Assembly: GCA_038821645.1 (NCBI GenBank)
Contig: JAWBDT010000004.1
Location: 46,927-110,926, forward strand
DNA: 64,000 nt
Origin: Ignisphaera sp.
GTDB taxonomy: Archaea; Thermoproteota; Thermoprotei_A; Sulfolobales; Ignisphaeraceae
Direction: 5' to 3'
The notes beneath the pieces are model-generated. The model had not been told where the DNA came from. It saw only the letters and a program-made list of their open reading frames with translations, and made no database searches. Below are positions 1-9,061 of the stretch, one piece after another. A program made the position numbers and the translations under genes. Positions within the stretch are counted from its first letter, which is position 1. Every line of letters starts with the position of its first letter.

Positions 1-517
1 TTATCTTGTTGAGTATTGTTGATTCTAGCCTAACTCCTGTATATGTAATTGTTCCAGCACTTGTTCTAACTATAATTTCATCTCCAATCAGCTGACTGAA
101 TCTAGATACATCAAATTCAACTACTCTATAGAGATATCCTGAGAAAAGTCCATAGAGAGCTCCTAGAGCTGCAGAAACACCATATACTAGACCTGATGAT
201 ATATGTGGTTTATATTTCATCAAAATGATTGAAATAGCTGAAGTAATCAGTAGAGCTATAGTGAGTATAAGGAATGTTAAGGAGACATGTTTTACGTAAT
301 CTGTATGTGGCATAGATATAAGCTGTTTGTTGTAGGTGTAGTATATTTTATAGTCTAGAAGAGAGTAGTATCCCTCAATATATCCTCTAAAGAGCCAGAG
401 AGGTGTAGTCACCATAAGCACATAGATTAGTGATATAAATAGACATGTTGTAGCAGATACAGTTGTAAGGATCTTTACTCTTTTAATTATCTTATCTTCA
501 TTGGTAGACCAAGCCAT
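1..517 (-). CDS. Membrane protein of unknown function (partial, runs off window start)
   Basis: Not in the ORF track. Read by hand from ATG at 517, with GGTGA SD upstream and overlapping the end of the peptidase gene: MAWSTNEDKIIKRVKILTTVSATTCLFISLIYVLMVTTPLWLF... Open to position 1 with several hydrophobic segments. Confidence 0.7.
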   Translation of the reverse strand, partial: MAWSTNEDKIIKRVKILTTVSATTCLFISLIYVLMVTTPLWLFRGYIEGYYSLLDYKIYYTYNKQLISMPHTDYVKHVSLTFLILTIALLITSAISIILMKYKPHISSGLVYGVSAALGALYGLFSGYLYRVVEFDVSRFSQLIGDEIIVRTSAGTITYTGVRLESTILNKI

Positions 518-1598
518 TTCACTTCACCTTGATTTAACCAGTAAACATAAACATAAGCTATTTCGGCATATTCGAGAGGTTCAATAACGATTTGAGAAAA
601 TCCATCAATAACATAGCTTCTGTTAATCCATAACCAACTATTGTTATCTAGATACCTAATGGATATATTAATGGTTATCGGAAAACAGTTAAAGTTTCTC
701 GCAATCAGGGTTCCATTCACAAAACTTATCTGAGGATCTAGACCCCCTATCAAGATTGGATATTCTCCACTAAGTCTTCCAACTCTATTGAGTAACGCCT
801 CAATCTTGATTACCAGAGGCTCTCTATACTCAAAAGCTTTTCTAAGCAGATCTTCACTAGGTTTAACAACTATTTCCCTAGAACTAAAATCAACAATATC
901 TACTTTAGTAGAGTTAACCTCTATTTCTGTAAGAATCATAGGTATAGCATTGATGTATCTAATGCTTAGTGTACAGCTATCTGACTGAAAATAAACACCT
1001 GCTAACCTGACTAGCGGAGGTTTAACTGGTTCAACATTGATTGGTCTAGGTATAGTTGAGTATACAGATAGAACAGCAACAAAAATGATAGTAAACAGTA
1101 CTGCATATGAGTAGCCTAATATAGGTGTCTTCAAGATATCACGAACAAGATAAGCTACAGCAACTATGAGTAAAGGGATCCAAATCTCTCTAGCCATCAC
1201 AAATACAACCTTTCCTATAATCTTCTCGATGCCTATAGGCGGATCTAGAGAATCAACATTATCTCCTTTAGTTATGATTAATAATCTATATCCATTAACT
1301 GTATCAAGCACCATAAAGTCTACAACTCTATGAACAATACAATGGTTTGGCGTCAGACAATAGACAACAATATCTCCAAGAGTAAAAGATTCTCTAGCGT
1401 AGAGAACCATATCTCCACGTCTAAGAGTAGGCTCCATACTATCAGAAATAACTACAGAAACACCAAAAAGACTCTGATAACCAAATCTAGAGAGAAACGT
1501 AGATACAACTAAAACTGTGAGTATAACCAGTAATGCGTATGGCGTATAGATAGAGAGTTTGAGAAAAAATGTTTTATGCTTAGATCTACTCTATTCAT
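487..1598 (-). CDS. Signal peptidase I, archaeal/SipW (S26B) type with TM segments and a C-terminal extracellular domain; apparent frameshift near the 5' end
   Basis: Motifs VISDS-MEPTL..GD, IVHRV and TKGDN. The catalytic Ser lies just upstream of the track's Met at 1437. The SD-associated ATG at 1598 joins this frame only with one extra base in the A6 run at 1564-1569. Confidence 0.8.
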
Positions 1599-1611
1599 CT
1601 ACAGATCACCA

Positions 1612-2193
1612 CTATCTTCCGCTACCTGGATTTATTGGTAGCGTTTCTCCAGATGATGGTGTATATACTAATCTAGCTGAAGCACTATAGCTTCTACCTG
1701 TTATAGATGTTCCTTCAGGAATATATACATAGAGATCAATTTGCCAACTACCACCAACAGAAAGCTGACCTATATATTCTGCTGTGTTAAGTGTTGGTGT
1801 AGTTATATCGAGTTCCTTCACCATAGTTGCTCCACTATATACAAACATCTTTACTATACTACCAGTTGGCAAGTTATTCTCATAATTATAGAAGATCACG
1901 TAGATATGCATAGCTTCATTATCATTATTCACAATCCTTAGGATATCTTTGTAGTACGTCTCTTGATATGTTGGATGTATCTCTATTGATGCTGATGTAC
2001 TATTAGATCCTATGTTTACCGTTATCGTGTTGCTACCTATATCTGGTTCTCCAGCATTACTACCAGCTTCAAATCTGACTCCTGGTTGCTGAGGTACAAC
2101 AGCTATGTTCAGAGGATAGTAGGCAAATAGACTAGCTGTTACAACTGATAGAGCTAATATCAATAGTATTCCTGTTAATGTTTTTCTAAACAT
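1612..2193 (-). CDS. Secreted beta-rich protein with SipW-like signal peptide; candidate TasA/AbpA-like filament subunit
   Basis: N-terminus MFRK + hydrophobic stretch + ASLFAYY; beta-strand-rich mature part; GGTGA SD; directly upstream of the S26 peptidase. Confidence 0.55.
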   Translation of the reverse strand: MFRKTLTGILLILALSVVTASLFAYYPLNIAVVPQQPGVRFEAGSNAGEPDIGSNTITVNIGSNSTSASIEIHPTYQETYYKDILRIVNNDNEAMHIYVIFYNYENNLPTGSIVKMFVYSGATMVKELDITTPTLNTAEYIGQLSVGGSWQIDLYVYIPEGTSITGRSYSASARLVYTPSSGETLPINPGSGR

Positions 2194-2559
2194 TTTACAT
2201 CACCTTTTAAACTTCTAAAAACACCATATACAAACCTATGTATAGGTAGTGTTTGAGTTAATTTAAGTTTTGTGATTTAGACACTCATCTACAGCTAAAA
2301 AGCTCTGTTTCAAGATTTAATATATATGTGTATATATATATATTGCGTATGTTGTTAAGTGATTTGTGTTTTGTTAATTATCAGTTTAAGAACTATAGAG
2401 ATGTAGTTATCCTAAAAATTTATTTCTATATTCTAGACACTACAAATCTTAAAATCTTAGCATTATTCATTATCATACTAAGATCGGTTTTATCTATAGG
2501 TCAAGATATATTTAGAACTTTATAATATTCATATCTGTAGATGAATCGAGATATTGAGA

Positions 2560-2609
2560 ATGATGAGCCCGTAGTGAACAGAGTTAATGAAGATGGAGAT
2601 TTCGACTGA
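2560..2609 (+). ncRNA. Box C/D methylation guide sRNA
   Basis: C box ATGATGA (2560-2566), 12-nt guide, D' CAGA, C' ATGAAGA, 12-nt guide, D box CTGA (2606-2609); intergenic. Confidence 0.8.
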
Positions 2610-2819
2610 TAATCGCTAGATACAGATAAAGCTGTTTGTGTTTACTTTTTCACAAATTCTATTGTGAGTGAAGAGGTGAAATAGAGTTGTTAGTGAATAG
2701 ACAGTGGTACATCAATTTATATGGAATTCAAATCATATGTATACATATAATAATGGTATTCCTAAAATACGGCCAATTCACAACTACTCTCTAGATCTAC
2801 AGAATCTGAGGTCAAAGTT

Positions 2820-3125
2820 ATGCATAGTCTTGAAGACATATCTCTACTTAATGTCTCGATAAGCTATAGAGATTATGCTGATCTGATTTCAGTATTGAGT
2901 GCTAGTAGCAAGATTCGTAACCTAATGAAGAAGGGCTATAGTGTTAAGAATGTAAAGATTCTCTACGGCATAGAGTTATCTAGAGATATGGAGCTTAAAC
3001 CTATGTATGCTGTAGTAGCTCTAGCTAGAGAAGGTCACAACATTGTTTATTTCCTTATAGATATCATGAAGAAGAAGATAGTAAAGGTAGCAGATGTTAG
3101 GAGAGAACAGAAAATAAGCAACTAG
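2820..3125 (+). CDS. Hypothetical protein (101 aa)
   Basis: Isolated ORF with GAGGT upstream and plausible composition. Confidence 0.55.
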   Translation: MHSLEDISLLNVSISYRDYADLISVLSASSKIRNLMKKGYSVKNVKILYGIELSRDMELKPMYAVVALAREGHNIVYFLIDIMKKKIVKVADVRREQKISN

Positions 3126-3181
3126 ATTGACTACACCAATCTATACATCTTCTAGAAAACACATAACATCATGGTGACTTG

Positions 3182-3901
3182 CTACATAGTATTTGATGAT
3201 GAGTGTGTACAGATGCTTACCACAATGTTTGAGAGAATATCTCTATCTCTATATAGTCTAGCCATAATCTTTACACCAAACTTTTTAACTATCTCATCTA
3301 ACATAGCATAAGGTTTACAGCTATTATTCTCGAAATACCTGAGCATCATCAGAATATTGTTTTGATGATATTCACCAAATCTAGCATCTATAGAGTCTGC
3401 TAAATGCACTATAAAACCTTCATATGTTCTTATAGGTACAATACCATGTACTTCAGATACAACTCTTATCAACTCATCGCCAGCACCTCTAGAGGCAAGT
3501 TCAGCTACAATTGCATAGTCATGGCTCAAGTACCAATCTTCTCTTGCTTTATAGCCACCTTCTTTCACGTCTTTAGTGTACTGATAATATTTGTATATGT
3601 CGTGAAGTAGTGCTGAAGCTATAACTAAATCTCTATCTATACTTACGCCATAAACTTCTTCAAAAATACTGCAGAGCATTAAGGCAATCTTTATGACACT
3701 ATACGTGTGTACAATTAGGCCTCCGGTAAACATATGGTGTTTTCTAGGTGCTGCAGGAGATTCTTCGATGTCTATTAGCGGTTTTACTGATGAGAAACTT
3801 AGTATAGGATTAGTAAGTATGTCGATAACAATTCTCCTGATTTTCTCATTCTTTATATCTTCAGCAAACTTGAGTAAATCACTTAAATGTATGTTGCTCA
3901 T
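3182..3901 (-). CDS. HD-domain phosphohydrolase, YhaM/Cbf1-like without OB fold
   Basis: PAAPRKHH..GGLIVHT, ALLHDIYK, H..., VHLADSIDA motifs. Confidence 0.85.
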   Translation of the reverse strand: MSNIHLSDLLKFAEDIKNEKIRRIVIDILTNPILSFSSVKPLIDIEESPAAPRKHHMFTGGLIVHTYSVIKIALMLCSIFEEVYGVSIDRDLVIASALLHDIYKYYQYTKDVKEGGYKAREDWYLSHDYAIVAELASRGAGDELIRVVSEVHGIVPIRTYEGFIVHLADSIDARFGEYHQNNILMMLRYFENNSCKPYAMLDEIVKKFGVKIMARLYRDRDILSNIVVSICTHSSSNTM

Positions 3902-4055
3902 AACTCTATAACCTACTTCAGCTGAAGGCTATGTACTGAACTTAATGGCATTTCTGATAATATTTAAAACTTTTGGTATTGACATGAACAAATAAGAATA
4001 CTTAGAGAAATCATGATTAATGGTTTTATATATCTGTGGAGTAGAATCATATGTA

Positions 4056-5285
4056 TTAGCTGGATGAATCAAATAGGTAGTACTTCTGAGGGTTAGTCAA
4101 TCCGAAAGCAATAGAAGCCTTACTATCATCTACATATGACCTCAATAAACTATACATTTTTTTAATTATCGATGCCTCTATTCTTACATATCTATCTATA
4201 TAGTCTAGCGGTATGGGTACAGAGTTATGGGATGTGTTATAGACAATATGATTCAATACTTTATCAAGCAAATTCTTGGGATATACATCAAGTCTAATAG
4301 CTTGTGGATATAGTGCATCATTAGCTTGGCGATAAAATACTACAGATGTATTATCCATATAGTTGCAGAGCTCGGTAACAAGTTCTTCATTGCTTTTGCT
4401 ACATTCATCTAGTTTTTCTAGTATCTTCTCTACCTTCTTAGCCACGTATCTAGGAGAGGATCTATATAGGTAGGATAGATATTCTTTAAGAGTATTGAGG
4501 TAACTATCTAGAACTAGATACTCTCTAGGCTCTAGTGTATAGCTCATTAAGAATTTGTCGTTTGTTTTTCTGAGAATATCTTCGATATCTGTTAGCCCGA
4601 GCTTTGCGATACGGGGTAGAAGAAATCTACTTGAAACTCTTTTCACAACACCTACAACAGGTATACCTAATTCTCTTGCTTTTCTTAGAAACTTTATGAG
4701 AATAGCTGAAGCTATAGAAGCTAGCTTAGTTCCCGAGGTTAGGGTTCTAGCTCTAGCTGTATCAACTACTTCTATAGGGCTAAAGAACTCTGGTATTGTT
4801 GAAAAGTATAGAGAGCCATCGAGTATAACCATATCGATATCTCTTCCAATTTTCTTGAGAGCTGTACTGAATTCCATAATCTTTGCCTCTAGCTCTACAT
4901 CTATATCGAATCTAGCTTCATCATCTCCATAGCTTCTCCTTAAAGCAACTGATGAAATTCCGTAAGGACCTATACCCATAGGCGTTGTTACTACATAACC
5001 GGCTATAATTATAGCCATTCTCCCTATGATTAGATCTATAGAAGGTCTAGACCATGTGCTATCGACAGCTAGTATCGATACAAAATCTTCACATGTTTCT
5101 CCAACCCTCATTATATCGAGCTGGTTTCTTATCTTATCTCGAAACACTATGAGTGGCTCTACATAACGCTTAATAATATCTTCTCCAGCTCTCTTGATTA
5201 TACTGGTTATTACTGTTAAGAGCTCTAGATTCTCTTCACCTGATTCAATATCGTCAGATGTGATTGGATAATCTTTAGGATACAT
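4056..5285 (-). CDS. nurA: NurA-family nuclease (paralog 1)
   Basis: ILAVDST and VILDGSL acidic motifs, GVVKR, C-terminal PIPLDYIDRYVRI; overlaps the herA end. Confidence 0.8.
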   Translation of the reverse strand: MYPKDYPITSDDIESGEENLELLTVITSIIKRAGEDIIKRYVEPLIVFRDKIRNQLDIMRVGETCEDFVSILAVDSTWSRPSIDLIIGRMAIIIAGYVVTTPMGIGPYGISSVALRRSYGDDEARFDIDVELEAKIMEFSTALKKIGRDIDMVILDGSLYFSTIPEFFSPIEVVDTARARTLTSGTKLASIASAILIKFLRKARELGIPVVGVVKRVSSRFLLPRIAKLGLTDIEDILRKTNDKFLMSYTLEPREYLVLDSYLNTLKEYLSYLYRSSPRYVAKKVEKILEKLDECSKSNEELVTELCNYMDNTSVVFYRQANDALYPQAIRLDVYPKNLLDKVLNHIVYNTSHNSVPIPLDYIDRYVRIEASIIKKMYSLLRSYVDDSKASIAFGLTNPQKYYLFDSSS

Positions 5286-6843
5286 CTTTAACCCTTACAA
5301 GTATAGGTCTTCTTAACGGATTTCCAAGACCTGTGAAGAAGAATTCTCTACTTTCTAGTGTAGGAAGTGTGTATTCGATGTATTGTACATTTTCTAACCA
5401 GTTCTTGAGTTCTGCATAATCTCCAGATGATTGTAGTCTTGAGAAGAATACTGTATTTATGTTTCCACGTATCTCTGGAGCCAAGTCTATAACTCTTTGT
5501 GAAGAAAGTATGAGGCCAAATCCCCATTTTCTTCCTTCTCTAGCCACTCTAGCTATTATCCCTTTAGCTGGTTCACATCCATAGGTACAACAGTAGTTGT
5601 GTGCTTCATCTATTACAGCAATTATCTCGTTATCTCTATGGAGCTTGTCGCTAACGATTCTATCCCATATGTATTTCATAAACTGATACACAATATTCTT
5701 TTTCGCTATATATTCCATCTCTGAAGATAGATCAACTATAACTACTTTTTTCCTAGATGAGAAAAGTCTAGATACAATTTCTTCTACATCAATAGTCCTA
5801 CTATTTAGATATGTCTCGAAGAACTTCTTACCAACTCTAGTAGTAAGTAGCAACTTTATTTTCTCTATGGTATATTCCTTGCCTCCCATAGATCTTATAT
5901 AGCTATATAGGCTCTCTAGATACTCGCTAAAACTCCATGTAAATCTACCTTCTCTTGATAAATGTTTGTATATTGGTATCAATGTCTCTGAATCGTATCT
6001 AGAGGTATGTGAGGATATGTAGTTCTGTCTTCTGCCATTCTCTTGGATAGCCACTCTATTTTGCTTCTCTACTACTCTCCTTATGTACTCAACAATAGAA
6101 CCATAGATATAATCTCCATGATACTCAGATATCCCTAAATCCTCAAGTAGTATTTGTGCTACAACATCTGGATCTAGTATTACTCTAGATGCATCTACAA
6201 CCTCTATACTGTTGATGCTCCATCTCGATTTATCTACATAGTCGATACCTGTATGATCGAATACAATAACGCTATAGTTGGTTACCTTAATGATCTCTTC
6301 AATAATTCCTTTAACAAGTCTCGATTTACCTGTACCCGTAGCTCCTAAAACAGCTATATGATATCTTAAAGAACTAGGATTGAGGTGTATTGCCATAGAT
6401 GAAAACTTGTGTATCCCTACTAGAAGACCATTTTCAATCTTGAGTATGCTGCGAAGTGCTTCACCATCAATAACAACATAAACATAGCTACCTGGGCGAG
6501 GTATAGATAGATTTTGCTCAATACCTCTACACGTGATCTCCCCTATTATCTCTAAATAATTCATCATCATTGGTGCAGAATACGTATGTGTTTTCTCTGG
6601 TTCAAAAGATGATGGTAGAGTTGAGGCATCGAGAGCTAGATCTTTCTTTACTGAACTCTTGAAGATCCCTAGATACCTCTTAGCTTCAGTAACATCATCA
6701 ATTATTCCTAGCATTTCATCGCGAACAAAATCTATAGAATCTCTAGATATCCTCACTGGAACTAGCGAGGCTCTAGAGCCTGATACAACAGTACCGATTA
6801 ATCTGCAGAAATCCTTAGGCCGCCAATCCATACATTTTTCCAC
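5275..6843 (-). CDS. herA: HerA-family ATPase/helicase (paralog 1)
   Basis: N-terminal HAS barrel-like region, HIAVLGATGTGKS, VIDEAHNY, AREGRKWG, SSQR. Confidence 0.88.
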   Translation of the reverse strand: MEKCMDWRPKDFCRLIGTVVSGSRASLVPVRISRDSIDFVRDEMLGIIDDVTEAKRYLGIFKSSVKKDLALDASTLPSSFEPEKTHTYSAPMMMNYLEIIGEITCRGIEQNLSIPRPGSYVYVVIDGEALRSILKIENGLLVGIHKFSSMAIHLNPSSLRYHIAVLGATGTGKSRLVKGIIEEIIKVTNYSVIVFDHTGIDYVDKSRWSINSIEVVDASRVILDPDVVAQILLEDLGISEYHGDYIYGSIVEYIRRVVEKQNRVAIQENGRRQNYISSHTSRYDSETLIPIYKHLSREGRFTWSFSEYLESLYSYIRSMGGKEYTIEKIKLLLTTRVGKKFFETYLNSRTIDVEEIVSRLFSSRKKVVIVDLSSEMEYIAKKNIVYQFMKYIWDRIVSDKLHRDNEIIAVIDEAHNYCCTYGCEPAKGIIARVAREGRKWGFGLILSSQRVIDLAPEIRGNINTVFFSRLQSSGDYAELKNWLENVQYIEYTLPTLESREFFFTGLGNPLRRPILVRVKDVS

Positions 6844-7463
6844 ATTGCCACCTCGGATCTATTGTAGAGTTTGTGAACGATATAAGTACAGAGAGTTTGA
6901 CAAAACTATTTAGATACCCAAGAGCTCTTGGATAAGAAGTCCTAAGCATAATATTGATGAAAGTAACTCGGAGAAGCAATAAGCTGTAGTTGTGGTAAAG
7001 ATAATGCTGTAAACTAGAGTGTTTTGGATAGATATATCAGTATAGAGAAATAAATTCTCTAAGATATGAAACATCATGTATTGTAAAAAGAAAAAGAATA
7101 AGAAGATACATAAATAGGTTTGTGAGATATTTGATATATATTATAATGAGGATGAATTCACTAAAGTAGAGATTATGTAGAGAAAATCTAGCATCTAGCG
7201 TTAGTACTGATTCATAGATCTGGAGATACATTAAGTTCTGTACTTAACATCTTTGAATAACGAAGTATTCACCATATTTATACTCTGCTTCTATATGGGT
7301 ATAGAATATGTATATATGCAGAAGATGTGGAAGAATATTCAGAAGTAGAAGAGCATACATAATGCATTTGATTATGGGTATAGAGGGAGGTTCTGGTATT
7401 AGTAAGAGGAAAAAGAAGTAGAGTCATTGAAACGATTTCTATCAATTGAAAATATCTAGATTG

Positions 7464-7514
7464 TCAGTGATCGAGGGCTACATCATGGATTCAGGCAAAC
7501 CCCATCTTCATCAT
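7464..7514 (-). ncRNA. Box C/D methylation guide sRNA targeting 16S rRNA
   Basis: Minus strand reads ATGATGA-AGATGGGGTTTGC-CTGA-ATCC-ATGATGT-AGCCCTCGATCA-CTGA. The D guide is complementary to the conserved archaeal 16S sequence GAUCGAGGGCU. Confidence 0.88.
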
Positions 7515-7720
7515 TGAAGGATCTCCTGGATATACACTCTTATTAAGGTTATGTTTAGTAAAATTTTTAAGTCGTAGCTATAGCATGACTTGGATCAGAG
7601 GTGGTTTTGTTGAGCCAATGGAGATAAACTGTATAGATGTAGATGCAGCAATATGCATGTTCTCTATAGAGCTTCTATTCGGTAAAGCAGATGTAATGAA
7701 TATTCCTAAAGGTGATTCTA

Positions 7721-9028
7721 ATGCCTGACAGCTGGATCTGGAATCCTTCAATAGAGTGTATGAATAAAAATGATTTAGCTGAGCTTCAGCTAAAGAGATT
7801 AAAGATGCAGGTTCATCGTCTATTCAGTACAGTTGGATACTATCGTAGGAAGATGAAGGAGTTGGGTGTTTCTCCAGATGATATAAAGTCTCTCGACGAT
7901 TTAAAGAAGCTACCATTTACAACAAAAGATGATCTAAGACAACTACAACCTTTTGACCATATGGTTGTGTCTCTAGAAGAAGTTGTAGAAGTTCATGGAA
8001 CTTCTGGAACAACTGGTGAACCAGTATTTATGTACTATACAGCTCGCGATATAGAGAACTGGAGCGAAGTAATGGCTAGGTCTCTAGCTTCAGCAGGTTT
8101 AACCAAAAAAGATATACTACAGATAACACCAAGCTTTAGCCTCTTCACAGGAGGTTTTGGATTCTTCTACGGAGCTAGAAAGATAGGTGCATTCATAATT
8201 CCAACAGGTCCTGGATTTTCACGTAGACAAATATATGTTATGATGAAGCTCGGCACAACAATGATTGCAGGTGTAGCTAATTATGCTCTTAGGCTTGCTG
8301 AAGTTGCATATGAAATGGGTATAGATCCTGCAAAAGACACAAAAGTAAGAAAAGGTGTTTTTGGTGCAGAAATGTGGAGTGATAGTCTTAGGAAAAAGAT
8401 AGAGAAGATATGGGATATGGAGACATTTGATATATATGGTATGGCTGAGCTCTACGGACCTGGTACAGCTATTGATTGTCAATACCATTCAGGTCTTCAT
8501 GTTTGGGAGGATCATTACTTGATTGAGGTTATTGATCCTAAAACAGGTGAACCTTTAGAACCAGAAGAAAAAGGAGAACTAGTGGTAACAACATTAACTA
8601 AAGATGCAGTACCATTGATAAGATATAGAACAAGAGATATAACAAGAATACTAGACACAAAAACATGTAGCTGTGGAAGAACACATATAAAAATAGATAG
8701 AATACAAGGAAGAACAGACGACATGTTCATAATAAACGGAGTAAACATATGGCCATCAGCAATAGAAACTGTACTATTTAAGTATCCTCTCATAGGTAAT
8801 GAATATCAGATAATTGTTAAGAAAACTAATGGTGGCGATAAATTGTTGATAAAGGTTGAGTCTATTAGAAATCTTACAGAGCAAGAAAAAGAGGTGTTAA
8901 GTAAAAAGCTTCAGTACGAAATTAAGGAAACAATACTAGTTACACCAGATATCGAGATTGTAGATCCAAATACCTTACCCAGAAGTGAGGGTAAGGCTAA
9001 AAGACTCTACATAATTGAAGAAAGCTAG
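7721..9028 (+). CDS. paaK: Phenylacetate-CoA ligase family (copy 1)
   Basis: LPFTTKDDLR, HGTSGTTGEP, DIYGMAE, PLIRYRTRD, GRTDDM, GKAKR. ATG at 7721 follows GGTGA. Confidence 0.92.
   Translation: MPDSWIWNPSIECMNKNDLAELQLKRLKMQVHRLFSTVGYYRRKMKELGVSPDDIKSLDDLKKLPFTTKDDLRQLQPFDHMVVSLEEVVEVHGTSGTTGEPVFMYYTARDIENWSEVMARSLASAGLTKKDILQITPSFSLFTGGFGFFYGARKIGAFIIPTGPGFSRRQIYVMMKLGTTMIAGVANYALRLAEVAYEMGIDPAKDTKVRKGVFGAEMWSDSLRKKIEKIWDMETFDIYGMAELYGPGTAIDCQYHSGLHVWEDHYLIEVIDPKTGEPLEPEEKGELVVTTLTKDAVPLIRYRTRDITRILDTKTCSCGRTHIKIDRIQGRTDDMFIINGVNIWPSAIETVLFKYPLIGNEYQIIVKKTNGGDKLLIKVESIRNLTEQEKEVLSKKLQYEIKETILVTPDIEIVDPNTLPRSEGKAKRLYIIEES
7838..7939. repeat. 102-bp perfect inverted repeat with 12612-12713 (paaK block 1)
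   Basis: Base-by-base comparison of the two paaK genes. Confidence 0.9.
8285..8355. repeat. 71-bp perfect inverted repeat with 12196-12266 (paaK block 2)
   Basis: Base-by-base comparison. Confidence 0.9.
8489..8766. repeat. 278-bp perfect inverted repeat with 11785-12062 (paaK block 3)
   Basis: Base-by-base comparison; also visible as near-identical shadow ORFs 8515..8793(-) and 11776..12036(+). Confidence 0.92.
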
Positions 9029-9061
9029 CATTAGAAATGCATTCAATCATTTGTATGATAG

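Noticed and set aside
2319-2343. (TA)n run and the 65-aa ORF 2328..2525
   Set aside because: Low-complexity AT-rich sequence; the ORF has no SD or recognisable motif.
6955-7010. TTGATGA as a possible C box
   Set aside because: No D or D' box at appropriate spacing.
7037-7231. 64-aa hydrophobic ORF
   Set aside because: Composition typical of random AT-rich frames; no supporting signals.
8515-8793. Near-identical 'duplicated' small ORFs 8515..8793(-) and 11776..12036(+)
   Set aside because: Antisense shadows of the identical paaK block, not genes.
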